Numbered from the whole stretch's first letter, positions 37,646-50,771 are shown. The stretch: 63,287 bases of DNA, filler included, from Asterionella formosa (GCA_002256025.1; 17 parts of 17 records of this genome joined end to end with filler, not necessarily neighbours in it), one strand, 5' to 3'. The notes: generated by a model not told the origin, from the sequence alone. A program made the numbers and translations.

Positions 37646-38636
37646 TGCTATCACTCATCAGTAAGCCAACAGGTTCCATATGATTACTTTTTGTTGTATA
37701 CATTGTTTTACCCTGAATGTGCAAATCACACAGAATTGAGGAAGACAGCCACGAGAGATCAAAATTTCATCATGCAAGTGAATTGGTTAACTCATCAGTT
37801 GATTGTTTTCAATACAAAATCCAGGGGTATATTTTTTATTTTAGTAGAAGGCTGATGGTAGCTCATCCAGTGCATGTGCAATTAGGAGTAACTATTGGCT
37901 TTATCTCCTCCTTCTTGTCATATTTGTTTCAAGTCTGCCTCAGAAAATTGTCCCGACGGATTTTTTAGCAAGACTGTACCAGATTTTTTCGTGTAGATTG
38001 TAGGTTCATGGCTGCACCGGGATTTTCGACAATCTGAGTTCATAAAAACACCAACATTCAACACCACTGTGAACAATATATTTTCAACATGGGGACGACC
38101 CTTACAACTATCATCCCCCTTTCAGATTTTTAGCCGCTGCTTCACTAGAAATAAATCTTTCATCAGCTCACATATGGTTTGTTACACCAACAGAAGGTGG
38201 AATGATGCAAGATTGAGTTCTTCCGCAATGGATGCTTTTAAGGTAAGATTTTTTCTTGTAAGTTTGCTATCATATCACCAAGCGAGGGATAATTCATACT
38301 GATAAGCTGCTGTTCTCAACATTCATTTGACATTTGAACAAGCCTTTTCAGACATAAGTGTTCTTTTTAAAGCTGGAGTAATAGAAGGTTAAATGATGCA
38401 ATATAATGGACTGGGCCAGAAGGCTCCTCAGCTTGTTGTTTATAGGGGAACAATCAATAACAATTCACGTACAAAAACGCCTTCATGAATTTGTCTTAAT
38501 TCTTGCTATGTCTAAGTCTACATAAACTGGTGGGGAATGCAAAAAAGAGAGAGAGACTAAAACAAAAAACAATACTATGAGTTTGGGCGCTCATGCCATC
38601 CATGATGGCATATTTATTCAAGCTATAAAAGGTGCA

Positions 38637-39200
38637 CTAATTAAAGGAGGCAGGCGAAGCAGCTGGTCCAGAAGCATCAGGGATTGGAGGCGGTTCTTGT
38701 GGTGGTGTTGACGTCACAACATCCGAAACAGTTGGGCTGGGAGCTGGTACTGGTGCTGATAGTGCCACAAGATCCTGAACGGCCATTGTAGATGGAGGAG
38801 GTGTTGGCGAAGGAGTTGGAACCGGCCAAGGAGTTGGGGCAGGGGTTGGAGCAGCTGTTGGCCAAGGCGTTGGGACCGGCCAAGGAGTTGGAGCAGGGGT
38901 TGGAGCAGCTGTAGGCCAAGGGGTTGGCACCGGCCAAGGATTAGGAGGAGGAACAACTGGAACCGGAGCTGCTGTTACCTTAAAAGGAGTATCGCATTCA
39001 AAGAATCCAGATGTAGAGCAGACACATGTTTTGACAGCAGATACGCCAAGTTTGGTCACCTGGTATCGGCATTGTAGATTAGTCGAGCTACATGCGATTC
39101 GCTCAGTGCGCTTGATGCGTTTGAGAGGGCAGCTTGGATCATTAGCCAGAGCACTGGAAATGAGAAGGTAGAGCCCAAAGGCGATAGAAGCCTTCATCAT
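38637..39200 (-). CDS. Small secreted protein: signal peptide, 6-Cys domain and Pro/Trp-rich repeats (cell-wall/EPS candidate)
   Basis: Signal MMKASIAFGLYLLISSALA; C..C..C..CVC..C; 18-aa repeat WPVPTPWPTAAPTPAPTP x2 plus a partial copy. Confidence 0.75.
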   Translation of the reverse strand: MMKASIAFGLYLLISSALANDPSCPLKRIKRTERIACSSTNLQCRYQVTKLGVSAVKTCVCSTSGFFECDTPFKVTAAPVPVVPPPNPWPVPTPWPTAAPTPAPTPWPVPTPWPTAAPTPAPTPWPVPTPSPTPPPSTMAVQDLVALSAPVPAPSPTVSDVVTSTPPQEPPPIPDASGPAASPASFN

Positions 39201-41618
39201 CCCTTGAGGCAGCTCAAAAAATTGTCGACCTTTCCAAAATTCGTCGACTCCTTTTATGTAGCACTTGAGACGAGAACCAAAACTCGACAGATATTTGCAT
39301 TACTGTATGTCATGTAGGAAGCCTGAGACAAAAATTTTCTAAAAATCGAGCCCATTATGTTTCTATTTGAAATATCTGAAAAGCAACGATAATTTGGAAA
39401 CGGGCGGGATTATACCATTTATAGAAAGGAAGTCGAATAATGAATTATGACAAATGCATATCCGGTACATTCGCTCCTTGAAAGGCCTTTTTTGACTGCC
39501 ACTACATAGCAATAACCGCCTCCAGATCTTCTTTGCTTTGTTGTCGACCGCTCTACTGAAATTTTTTGAAACCTGAGACCATTTCTTTTGTAGACAAGAT
39601 CGCGCCCATCACGTTTTTATTTGGAATGCCTGAAACGCTAAATTCTTTAAGAATATGTAGGAAACAAAAGTAGAAGATACGGGAGTACCTTGAAACCAAT
39701 AATTTATTAAGACAAACAGATGCCTTATACCCACATCTTAAATGTTAGGCATGGGTTATCGAATCAGAATCGTGCTGCCCCTGGTAGCTGATACCAGGGT
39801 ACCGGTTACCGTAAGAGCCGAACAATCGATATCCTAGCTTTTGACTGACCGGCAGACGATAAATTTGCTTTTCTATGTCTACTTATGGGTATACTGGAAC
39901 CCTCTTTTGGTACACATAACTTGAAATTTGTTTTGGATCCCTTGTAAGCCTTTTTAATGGCCCTCAATTACTACAGCCCTTTTAGCTATGTAGACAATAA
40001 AGCTAATAACTCCCGCATATTCGGTCCCGCAAATACGTTTCATTTTTCAGCCTTCTTCAATTATTGTATGAGCTTCAGGCGGGAAATTTCGGAAACGAGG
40101 ACCATTGACACTTTATACAGAGAAAGACTTTATTGAAGCCCTTAATGACTGCGCAATACTTAAAGTGGCAAATTCACCAGTTATAAAAGCCCTTTTCCAA
40201 AAGCAATATTCAAACCCACAGAAGCTATCCTTGGACAGCTACATAGCCTATTTAGCTTTACAACGACGCATTAGTATGTACAGGTATTTTCAAACTTGAG
40301 TGGTCCTCCCTTACAATGTACCATTTCGATCTGCGCCAGCATACCGGCAGTGTAATCATTTCGAATTAAAGTCCCATTTCGAATCCACTAATTTCGAAAA
40401 TGATATCCAAAAAATAGACAACAAATCGTCGGCCTGCCCGCGCCTGCATCACTAGTCTTCTTCTTCCATTCGGATGGCTTCGCTGTTGATGACCGGGATT
40501 TTCACGAACTGGAAATGGAAAAACTACCAGATACCAATAATTACAGAGATCATTGATATCGAAATCCCCTTAGGTAGAATATTTAGGCCTCAAGGAGTGA
40601 TAGTGCCAGGTACCATGGGAATAACAATTATTTTAAAACGTCGCTTACCACAATTCGAGAAAGGTCCCGTCAGCCCCCTACAAGAACGTCGCTGCAAATA
40701 TATTTTTCATACCGGTACATAAATACATATAAAAATTTTCATGGTTGCATGCAAATTTCTGCTCTTTTTCATATATCTATGTATTGGTACGGCGGCTACT
40801 ACCTGGTTCCGGTATATGTGCTCTGAGCATGTTCCTAAGTATTGTATGGCTGGGTGCAATTTCTGGGGCCACGAGGTCCCATAGGAGGCCTAAGGCTGGT
40901 TGCATCAAAATAATGATTATAGTAGCCCGCGTAGCGCTGGTACAAAATATTATCCTTATCCCTACCGTAGGAAGGAATAAGGCGCCGATTTGTTTGATTT
41001 GATCGGCTCACCATGTTGCTCATTATCGCCGCCGTTTCCTGTGCAAAAGTGATTCCCCGAAGGCTTTTATATTTTTTTGTATAGTCATGAGTGAAATGCT
41101 TTTGGGGAATGACTTTTCACATGATATTTAAAAAGTTATAGCAATATCTGTTATGGCCACCATCAGTGACCCTGACATTCATGATGTTTGGTTGCCGGTC
41201 GATCAATTCAGGGAATATCTTCACGAAAAGTACTCTTTTGGCAATAACATACAATTTAATACTATTAGATTGATAAGGCAATGATGGTCAAAATTTTCGT
41301 GATGGTCACCACGTAAATTCATCTAGTAGTGGTAGCTAGTAGTAATTCACCTCAACTATTGGGCGCGCTCTGATAATAAAAAATTATTATATCATGTGTG
41401 TATTATAACACAAATTATTCTGGTGATCTGCTACATAATATAGTCCTTGCGCTCTGATAATAGAGATATTTTAGATTACTTCTCTGACATTATATATATT
41501 TTTAACTTTAATTTTCAACAGTTAAATTTTCATATCGATGCATCCTCTTGTATGCTATGCCGCCTCTTGTTCATTATATGCATGAGTTCTATATATTCAT
41601 CATCGTCGGTCACTGACC

Positions 41619-42251
41619 ATGTCGACTTTCATCTCATCTCCTGATGATGATGATGACATTATGATCACATTGCTACTGTTAGCAATGTGCTATCCACCAG
41701 TAAATAGGACGCCATTGTTCAGGGAAAGTTTGACTGTTGATGAGGTCCGAAGAAGAAGTCGCAAAATCCGTCGCCACGCACTACAGCATCCATTATCGAG
41801 TCCATTCTGGACTTTGTTCAACAGCAAGCATGATGATGCTCTGATTACCTTGTGTGGCTTTGACCATGCTTCTTTCGAGCTCCTACACCAGCTGTTCAAA
41901 CCTTGTTTTTATTCCTTCACTCCCTGTAGGAAAAAAACGGATTTCATTGTTAGAAATTCAACAACAAAGAAAGGTCGGCAAAGATACCTCTGTTCCATCA
42001 GTTGTCTAGCGCTTGGGTTAGCATGGACCAGGACTCGTGGTTCCTATATGATTCTTCAGATTATTTTCGGATTAACTCATGGTTCTTTGAGTGTTTGGTT
42101 GAGGTTTTCAAGGTGAATAATTGTAAAAGTACTGCTGACACATGAAGATGCCGTTGTGAGACTGCCTACTGCAGACGAAGCCACATGATCAATCAGAAAT
42201 ACCCACTTATAACAAATTGTTGGGGAGCAATGGATGGTCTGAAACTGACCC
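41619..42251 (+). mobile_element. PIF/Harbinger (DDE_Tnp_4) transposase, N-terminal part, pseudogenised
   Basis: DALITLCGFDHASF..LALGLAWTRTRGS..QIIFGLT..WLRFSR* then VRLPTADE and, after a frame change, KYPLITNCWGAMDGLKL (first catalytic D). Cut by the linker. Confidence 0.85.
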
Positions 42252-42351
42252 NNNNNNNNNNNNNNNNNNNNNNNNNNNNNNNNNNNNNNNNNNNNTTAAT
42301 TAATTAANNNNNNNNNNNNNNNNNNNNNNNNNNNNNNNNNNNNNNNNNNNN

Positions 42352-42634
42352 CAATTATGTCATAGACGAAAATAAAGTTGATAAGGATATTTCTGGGTTA
42401 CCTGGAAGTGATGAGGCAGATGACATCCAGGAGATTTTAGCTGAAATCACCCCAGTCTACAATTCTCCACTTGGTTGGGGATATTTGCCAACGGTTGAGA
42501 AATTGGATGTAATGCCTGGTACTTCTGTCATTCGAGATGTTATTCTTGAAAGAATTGCTAACATGGGTTTGCAAAGACCTCCAGGTAATATTGAAAGAAA
42601 AAGGTTGGAATTACATGAATTAAATTTAATGTAG
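42352..42634 (+). mobile_element. C-terminal end of a PIF/Harbinger-like transposase
   Basis: Open frame (H)NYVIDE..GWGYLPTVE..SVIRDVILERIANMGLQRPPGNIER..* resembles the LHNFCID..R..RP tail. It converges on the next ORF. Confidence 0.6.
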
Positions 42635-42708
42635 ATTATAATTGATTGTTGAAAAAATATTCATTTCAAAGTGTCACCTTGAGACAAGAGATCAAAGACC
42701 TGATCACG

Positions 42709-43655
42709 CTATCTTTTACACAATGCAATTTCTAAACGAGCTTGGACAATGTCAGAACTTGAAGAGTCATAATCTTTATTTTCGAGTTCTTCCAGTTCCT
42801 CCCGCGCAACTCTTAGTCGGACCTTATACTTATCCAAGACATCCAGTAGATCATTTTCTCTGCGTGGTGCAGTTGTAGACTCTAGCAGTCTGAGTTTTGC
42901 AACATTTGAATTCTCAAATGATTCCAATGCAATTGCAAGATTTTGAGAAGATGATGTAGGTTTTTGCGTCAAGATTGCATGTCTTCCCTTCTTTCTAACA
43001 CTGAAATTGCTTGAAGATTTTGATTTTGATGACAATGTGGTGGCAGTATCGTCAATGTCTATACTCTCACGGAAGGCATATTTTGGTAACAGTGGTACAG
43101 CAAAATTCAATAGATGTGGAACTTGACACAACCAAAGATGGTAGTAATATAGGAAATGACGTGACCCAACAAATTTGACAAAATCATCATGATTGCCTGA
43201 TTGTTTGTTTTTTCGATAGGCAACTTGATAATGATGATTAATGTATCCCATTACCAATGAAAAGTCTTTGGAAGTGAGGACATCATATTTTTTTGCGTAG
43301 TCAGCATCAATTCCAACTTGGTCCCAGTATTCATCTTTGGGAAATGCTAGAATGATGCAGTCGTCATCCTCATCATCATTATATGTGACAACAAGTCGAT
43401 CGAAAATGAACTTGTGTCGAAATCTTCTTGCATCAAGTTCAGCCAGAGTTGGTGGCTGACCTAGACGCAAAACATCACTGCGATGCTTGTTGCACATGTA
43501 GACATTAATGACACGGAAGTATGTGTTTATGCAGGTCACAGCATCTGGAGGGGTTGACTTTGCCTGTGCCTTATTCTTTTTTGCCTTTTTCACAGGAGGG
43601 TTCACTTCCTCTTGTTCAAACTGAGGATCGACCAAAGACTCATGTGGCTGCACTG
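42709..43655 (-). CDS. Probable Harbinger accessory (second) ORF, 5'-truncated
   Basis: A 314-aa ORF lying tail-to-tail 75 bp from the transposase end. It has a basic NLS-like patch, a KQSGNHDDF..YYHLW core and a C-terminal coiled coil. Confidence 0.5.
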
Positions 43656-43755
43656 NNNNNNNNNNNNNNNNNNNNNNNNNNNNNNNNNNNNNNNNNNNNT
43701 TAATTAATTAANNNNNNNNNNNNNNNNNNNNNNNNNNNNNNNNNNNNNNNNNNNN

Positions 43756-45059
43756 AGCTCCCGTGAGGGTCCAGATCCTCAATGCTTGCAAATGGTCTTT
43801 GGTGGTCTTCTTGTGAGTGAAGAACGTGGTTTTTCCATCCCACCAAAGTGGGAGAGTAAAGTCTCCGCCTAAGATCTGCTGTCTACCCCCAAACTTAATT
43901 GGTGTAGTGTCGCAGCTCAGTCCATGCCAAGACATTTGATCTGGTGGTAATAGTGATTCACGTGAGTCGCTCCTGAACATCACTTGATTCATCCGAAGGA
44001 CGGCTAAGTCTTTCCGGGTTGTAGGGTCAACTAAGGTAGCAAGGACGTCGACTACTGGATAGGTCCTATCCCCCTCTCCAGTAGTCTTTGACTTTCCATG
44101 CCGTTTGATAATCTTCCATCCATTTCCAGCCCATCCCTGGTCAGTTCCAGTGTCAATGACCGTGTATGGTCCCTCAGGGAATTTGGCAATGCGTAAAGTG
44201 TTATTTATGGGGCGTGGGTATGGGTCTGGATTGGGTGGGCCAGATTTCCCAGTTGCGCCATACTTGGATGCTTTGAGCATGTTTTGACGTTTGATACCTG
44301 GAATTGAAGCAACAACGGTTAGCAAGACAAGTAAACACCTACAAAAACTTTCGTTAATTTGTTGCTATTTTATCGCGCTAAGTTGTTCCTAAATTCCTAA
44401 GTTGGTGTACCATATGGGTCTCTCTGATGCCTAATGTCTAAGAATGATGCTTCCAGCATGGGTAGGGTTTTAGCCTAGCCTATCGGCAGCTTGAGCCATC
44501 GAGTGATTACTGTCGTCGTCACTGTTTGTTTTCTCTGCCTTGCGCGTGGAAGACTTAATCTTCTTAGCTCGGACACGGCGTGCATCAGTCTTTTCAACTT
44601 TCTTGCGTTTGTTTCCTTTGTAGGAACCATTTCCACCCCCTTTCTTTCCTAGGGTGGTCTTGTCCTTCTCAAGAAGTTCCCTAAAGATTTTTAAGGACTC
44701 TTCGTCTCCCTGGAGGTGGTTAAACATCCGGGTCTTAAATGCCTTTAGGGTATCTTCAGTTTGTCCCCCCTTTTCCTTGCCTGCGTTCCCCATTTCCTTA
44801 GAATTCTTGGGCACCTCATGATGAGTTTCATGCTTGGGCTTGGGAGGAATCTTCCTAACCCTATAGATCTCATCGTCGGCATCGGGTCCCACCATTCCCA
44901 AGAGTAGGTGGTAGATTCCATCAAGGTATCCCTCCTCCTTGTACCTCTCGAGACTCTCCTTGACGTCCTTCGTGTTATACTTGGGGTCAGTCAACTTGGC
45001 AGTGTACAACTTCCACCAATTGTAACTGTCAGGGATTTCGTCTGCTTTGAGTTTCTTTT
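43756..45059 (-). mobile_element. Diatom Copia-like retrotransposon fragment: gag C-terminus (45059-44470) plus a separate protease-bearing pol ORF (~44364-43756)
   Basis: Aspartyl-protease motif VIDTGTDQGWAGNGW, followed by ESLLPPDQM..DTTPIKFGGRQQI. The upstream ORF is Lys-rich and gag-like. Confidence 0.65.
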
Positions 45060-45490
45060 NNNNNNNNNNNNNNNNNNNNNNNNNNNNNNNNNNNNNNNNN
45101 NNNTTAATTAATTAANNNNNNNNNNNNNNNNNNNNNNNNNNNNNNNNNNNNNNNNNNNNTCACATGCTTACCAGTTATATCGACCAGGAAAAGAGCAAAA
45201 TGTCTCTTTGTTTAATTGTCGGTGAGAACGGTTCTTTGATTCTGCAACCAAATTTGAGTCGTTAGATGACAATATCGCGTGGAACGATAATATTCATGTT
45301 CTTGTTGTTGGTCGACATTCAAATGTGCCATCGACTATCCTCAATCGATTTAGTTAGGTTTTTTCAGTCACAATTCATGATGACGCACCCACAAACCATG
45401 GTCCTAGGGTACACAAAGTTACATGTAGACATATTCTATGCCAAATAGAATTGCGGTGTCGCTAGACCAGAGTCGCATAGGAATAACTGT

Positions 45491-45901
45491 TGTTAAAGTG
45501 AGCTCATCTACGTAGTTAGGACTCGGAGTCAACCGATTCGAATGAGTCAACTTTGATGTACCAATTACTCATCAACCACATATTATACCTTGTTACTCCG
45601 ACTATAATGAGCCGGACAATATAAGCTATTTCGGAAGACCGATAGTTTGAAATGAATGATCATGGTTAAATACCTATGATCAGTAAGTGTGAGATAGACA
45701 TGGGTCTATCTATGATTGTATGTTTCTAGAAATGCAAACAGCATTTGGAGAATAGTTCGTTTGTTTGTTCAAACAGAACAACCTAAACTAGATTAGTAAA
45801 CTCACAATAAGAATATAGAAACGGAAAGAGAAACGAACGTCTCTATCTATAGTCTTCTTTGTCTAACGATATAGATCTATACAAAAGGTAATACTTTAAC
45901 A
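45491..45901. mobile_element. Candidate solo LTR (411 bp)
   Basis: Ends TGTTAAAGT...ACTTTAACA form a perfect 9-bp terminal inverted repeat with TG..CA. The flanks (ACTGT / ATCTGT) are only a near-TSD. Confidence 0.45.
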
Positions 45902-47053
45902 ATCTGTCACGGGCGAAAGGTTCAAGAAGCAGCCATTTTAGTCGGATGCAATAGTCGACGATGTTCCTGACCTGCCTTACCCGCAACAAAGGTGCCGAGA
46001 GCATATTGAAGGACTTCTCCTGTTAAATTTGGAGAAACTTGAGTTCATCATGTTTTGATGCCTAGAAATTCGCAACGGACAATAGAAGCACTGAGATGCA
46101 ACAAGCATTGCTTGACAAACAACCCGTATTGCCTGGTAAATGACCAGCAATTGTTACAACGTAACGGAAGCAATTAATTATTTTGTCTACACAGTACATA
46201 ATTTATTCCTTTCCCCACATCTCTCGTTATCGATGCTGCTATACTCGTACCAAAGCGCAAAACAAGCCAGTCAATGCAAAATGTGTGGGAAGCACCACAC
46301 TAAGTCAACATTCATTTTAGATTTCTAGTGACAGTGCTGTGTCAATTGTACTCGACATTGAGTTGCTCCGTGGAATAAAACCGCCCGCATCTCCGCACTT
46401 AACTGCTGCTGATATTGTCGAGAAGATGTCAAGACTGCCAAGGTTACAAAGCATTCGTGAAGNNNNNNNNNNNNNNNNNNNNNNNNNNNNNNNNNNNNNN
46501 NNNNNNTTAATTAATTAANNNNNNNNNNNNNNNNNNNNNNNNNNNNNNNNNNNNNNNNNNNNTTCATATTCATATTCCGTACATTCTTTGGGCGCTCACT
46601 ATAGGCAAGACCGACTTTTGTTTGTTCATCATCACGCACCACCGTGATTTCTAGTAGTAAACTAAACTGATTGCTCGTATCAATCATGCATGGTGAATAG
46701 GGCGGAGCAACAGCACTCCATGTGACATTGATCAGAATCAACATATCTCCAATATTTGTCCCAAAACGTGTGATTACCCTGTTTAAGGATGACTCTCAGT
46801 AAAAATGAAATAAGGAGGATGACTCTCAGTTTTTAGGTGGTACCGGAAAACTATTGTCGACAGTCGATACAGTACCGGTATACTGGTACACAACATCAGG
46901 ACTGGATACTACATCTTCATAATAGTCGATAGTTGATGTAGTGTATCGTGTATAGTATACATGCATACATAACATGCATATGTTTCAGAGCAAAATAACA
47001 GAAACTTGCATGGTACCGGTACCGGGTGGTGTGTCAGAGTGTGTCTGTTAGGC

Positions 47054-47234
47054 TGTTGATGTCGACAGGTGTCCGAAGACTAGGTAGTCTGAGGAATGTC
47101 TAAACGGAAATAGACAGGATTTATATAGCAGAAGAATCTGCAGACGAGCGGCGTGAGAAAGATCTTGACCGGTCATTCCAGGGCAGTACTGGAGCGCGCT
47201 AGAGTAGCGCCATATATTTCAACATGGTAGCGGG
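47054..47234 (+). mobile_element. LTR-like repeat (TGTTGA..TCAACA) followed by PBS-like TGGTAGCGGG
   Basis: A ~100-bp core (GAAATAGACAG..TTTATATAGCAGAA..GAGAAAGATCTTGACCGGTCATTCCAG) is shared with 62524-62646. Both copies end in TTTCAACA. Confidence 0.55.
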
Positions 47235-47651
47235 CTCGTTAGTACAAGTGGTACGAGGAAGAACATGAAAACCAGAGGTCGACAGTTCGAGTCCATCAGC
47301 AAGAACAGAAAGAAAAAGAGAGAAGAGAAAAAGAAAAACAGAGACGTAGAAAACGAGAAGGCACTATGAGAATTCCTGTAGGAAAGGATGTGTCGAGCAT
47401 ACACATTAGGATGATGTGGTATGTCAGGATTGTGGACTCGATTGTAATCGAACGAGTCGAATATTGCATTGCCACGTCAATCAGCTGTCTAACGAGATCA
47501 GAGATTGAAGATTTCTATGGAAATGTTAAGTGGAAACTCGAAGAGAGTCTTAGAATGACTTTGCAGGAAGCAAAGATGCGTGGAAAGGAAACATTTAGTT
47601 TAGCTTATAATTTAATTTGAGATTTAGATTATCAACCGAGGAAACAGTGTG

Positions 47652-47865
47652 TTAATTGACACCTTGGTTTTCGCATACTTTCTTTAGTTGCTTGGAGTTC
47701 TCACCTGCGTCATCACATCGGACAAACTTAGTCTTATGTCCCGCACCTGCAAGTTTTGTGAGTAACGCTCCAATGACAATTCCGATGTCACTTTTCTTCT
47801 TAATAAAATAACTCCAGCGTTTCCTTGTATAATCGTCCACGGCCATCACCCAATACTGATTTCCC
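47652..47865 (-). mobile_element. Copia integrase core (rve) fragment
   Basis: GNQYWVMAVDDYTRKRWSYFIKKKSD..KFVRCDDAGEN; truncated by a stop. Confidence 0.9.
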
Positions 47866-47965
47866 NNNNNNNNNNNNNNNNNNNNNNNNNNNNNNNNNNN
47901 NNNNNNNNNTTAATTAATTAANNNNNNNNNNNNNNNNNNNNNNNNNNNNNNNNNNNNNNNNNNNN

Positions 47966-49268
47966 GCTGCTAGAGACTTCCAAAGAAGTGCAATCAGGGA
48001 AAACTTTGAATTTGCAGAGCGGGATCATGCGACCATCATTTTGGCCGATTTGGACGTGAATGAGCTGCCACCTCGTGATCAAGTTGTCAGTAGTGCCGAC
48101 AAGATGAATAGCCGTACTGGCATGGATGTCGACGTCCTATGCTCTGCTGGAAAGATGCTCAATCCAAACGGATACTACGACACTTTTGCCACCATCCTGC
48201 TACCTGATACTTTCGTGTACCCCATTGGAGGTCGCCCAGATCTAAAGGCCCGCCCTGAGGAGGACCCATCCTTGATCATTGGCGAGAACTTCAACGCTGA
48301 ACAACTAATGGAATGGTTTCAAATCAAAGGTGGCGCTAATGCAGATCCAGTTCCTGTCAAGTCATGCTTCGGAGGTCTTGCTATTTACAGAGCCAGTAAG
48401 TGGCTCGATCAGCGTTGCTCGTACAAGGACCTTCAACCCGAAGTTAACGCCAAGTATGCTAACCGATACGATGAGGCGCCTTGCGAACACGTTGTCTTGC
48501 ACAACTGCCTTCAAGCCCTCGACCCAAGTGTTGTGATTGCTGTGCAACCTGACATGCACACTCTCTGGCATACTTCCGCCGGTCCTCAATATGCTGTTGC
48601 AAACTACCCGGACCTTGTTGCCAACTTTCTTTTTGACCACATGGACCCTGCCAGGAGTTACCGTCACTTGCAAGTCTCCTCCAACTCTACCGACAGTAAC
48701 ATCACCTTTGTCAACAACACTAACTCTACGTTCGATACAACCACAACTAGTACTCGTTCTGAAATTCCCCAATGGATCATCGACCTGATCTTTGACAGCC
48801 CGATTTTTGACGTCAACTGCACAGTCGCCAACGCTACCAATTCCTCGGGCATCGCCAACTTTACTGCCACTAACTGCACAGCAATCACTCCAGCAAGGCG
48901 TATGGAAAAGATTAACGAAGTGGTCCGCTTACTTCATTGTGATTCTGCAAACATGACAATGAACAGCACCAACATGACAATGAACAGCACAAACGTCACA
49001 ATCACATCAAACAGAACATCCCCAATTAACGAGCTTATTTATTGGCTTTACCAGAGTAACTTCACAAACTCGACGAATTCTACGAACTCAACTCGATACC
49101 TCGAGCTTGAGCCTGAACCTGAGCAAGAGACAGAGCAACAATTCTACGTCAGGCCAAAGATTCACTTTGTTATTGCTGGATTCCCTAAGTGTGGGTCGTC
49201 GTCCTTGTTGCAGGTATTTGACAACAACATGGAGACCTCTGTTAGCTCGAACGAGCAATGCGCAATGG
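47966..49268 (+). CDS. CAP59/GT69-like glycosyltransferase domain fused through an N-sequon-rich linker to a PAPS-dependent sulfotransferase (partial at both ends)
   Basis: ILADLD (DxD), GYYDTFA, VPVKSCFGGLAIYR and CEHVVLHNCL, followed in the same frame by PKIHFVIAGFPKCGSSSL (5'-PSB loop) at ~49151-49210. Confidence 0.75.
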
Positions 49269-49368
49269 NNNNNNNNNNNNNNNNNNNNNNNNNNNNNNNN
49301 NNNNNNNNNNNNTTAATTAATTAANNNNNNNNNNNNNNNNNNNNNNNNNNNNNNNNNNNNNNNNNNNN

Positions 49369-50671
49369 GGGAGCCGTGGCGGCCGGGCAAGGACACAAGC
49401 GACAAGCAACAACCGTGGCATTTTTAAGGGCAGCACAGAGGGCATGAACGGAAACGTATTTGAATGCTATGAAGAACAAAGCGACAGACGCCAGTACGCC
49501 AAAACGTTAGAAGTTCTAGACGGATATGTGAGGAAAACACTGAAGTACTCTGAAGACCTTGCCCCTTTGTTTGCCGACACCATGGCGGTTCCCATGGTAG
49601 ACATGCCAGATGACCTAGATGACGATGCAGGACTGACCATGAAAATGATTTTCGCAGAAGAAGTAAAAACGTATGTCAAGCGCAATCATACCCTGAAGAG
49701 CAACCTAGCAACAGTGTATGCGGTGATTTGGGGCCAGTGTAGTGATGACATGAAGGCAAAGATCAAAACGCACGATGACTACAAGGACAAGACTGTCAAC
49801 AACGATTGTTTTTGGCTTCTAAAACAGATCAAGTCAATTACTCTACAGTTCGATCAGAGCAGGAATGGTTTCATTGCACTTTTGGACGCCCAGACCAGCT
49901 TCCTCAATTGTCGTCAGTTACAAGGACAGTCTGCAGAAGACTACGTCGAGTGTTTGCGAGGATGGGCTGAGACCATCGAGTACCATGGTGGCACCGTGGC
50001 AGCAAATTACAAACTGGTACCCTTCCAGGATCAGGACGGGAATGGGCGTAGCACTGAAGAGCGAAAGGAGATCGCACGCGAACGCACCCTTGCAATCGCT
50101 TTGATTCGAAGTGCTGACCCCACCAGGTATGGCACCCTCATTACTGACCTGTCGAACCAGTATGCAATGGGAATTGATCAGTACCCCACCGATTTATTGT
50201 CAGCCCAAAGCCTTCTCGTCAACTACAGAACTCCAACGAACACCAGCGTCAGGACAGACACACCACGCTCCCAGCCGACTGGAAGCCCTGAGGCCAGTGC
50301 AATGACGTTTGCGCAACGTGGCGAAATCGCAGGAAACAATGGAGTGTTACATGATGGCATCATCTGTTACAACTGCCAGAGCCTAGGACACTACGCGGGA
50401 GACTGCCCTGACAGGCAGGGATCGACGACCTCAGGCACTACATTGACGCAGTATGCATACATGCTTGCACAGACCGGCGACCCTGGGATTGATCCCAAGT
50501 GGATCCTTCTCGACTCGCAGTCGACAATCTCCGTGTTCAAGAATGCCGACATGCTCAGCAACATCCGGCGTAGCCCTTACGTACTCAGGGCGCTCACAAA
50601 TGGGGGCTACCAGGACTCCAACATGGTAGGAGATTTTCCCAATTTGGGTAAGGTTTGGTACAACCGTGAAT
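49369..50671 (+). mobile_element. Copia gag-protease region (diatom CoDi-like), uninterrupted ORF
   Basis: VYAVIWGQCSDDMKAKI, zinc knuckle CYNCQSLGHYAGDC and protease WILLDSQSTISVF. Confidence 0.9.
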
Positions 50672-50771
50672 NNNNNNNNNNNNNNNNNNNNNNNNNNNNN
50701 NNNNNNNNNNNNNNNTTAATTAATTAANNNNNNNNNNNNNNNNNNNNNNNNNNNNNNNNNNNNNNNNNNNN

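Noticed and set aside
41619..43655. One complete Harbinger element spanning the linker
   Set aside because: The two halves are on different contigs joined artificially. Nothing in the sequence shows they belong to the same element.
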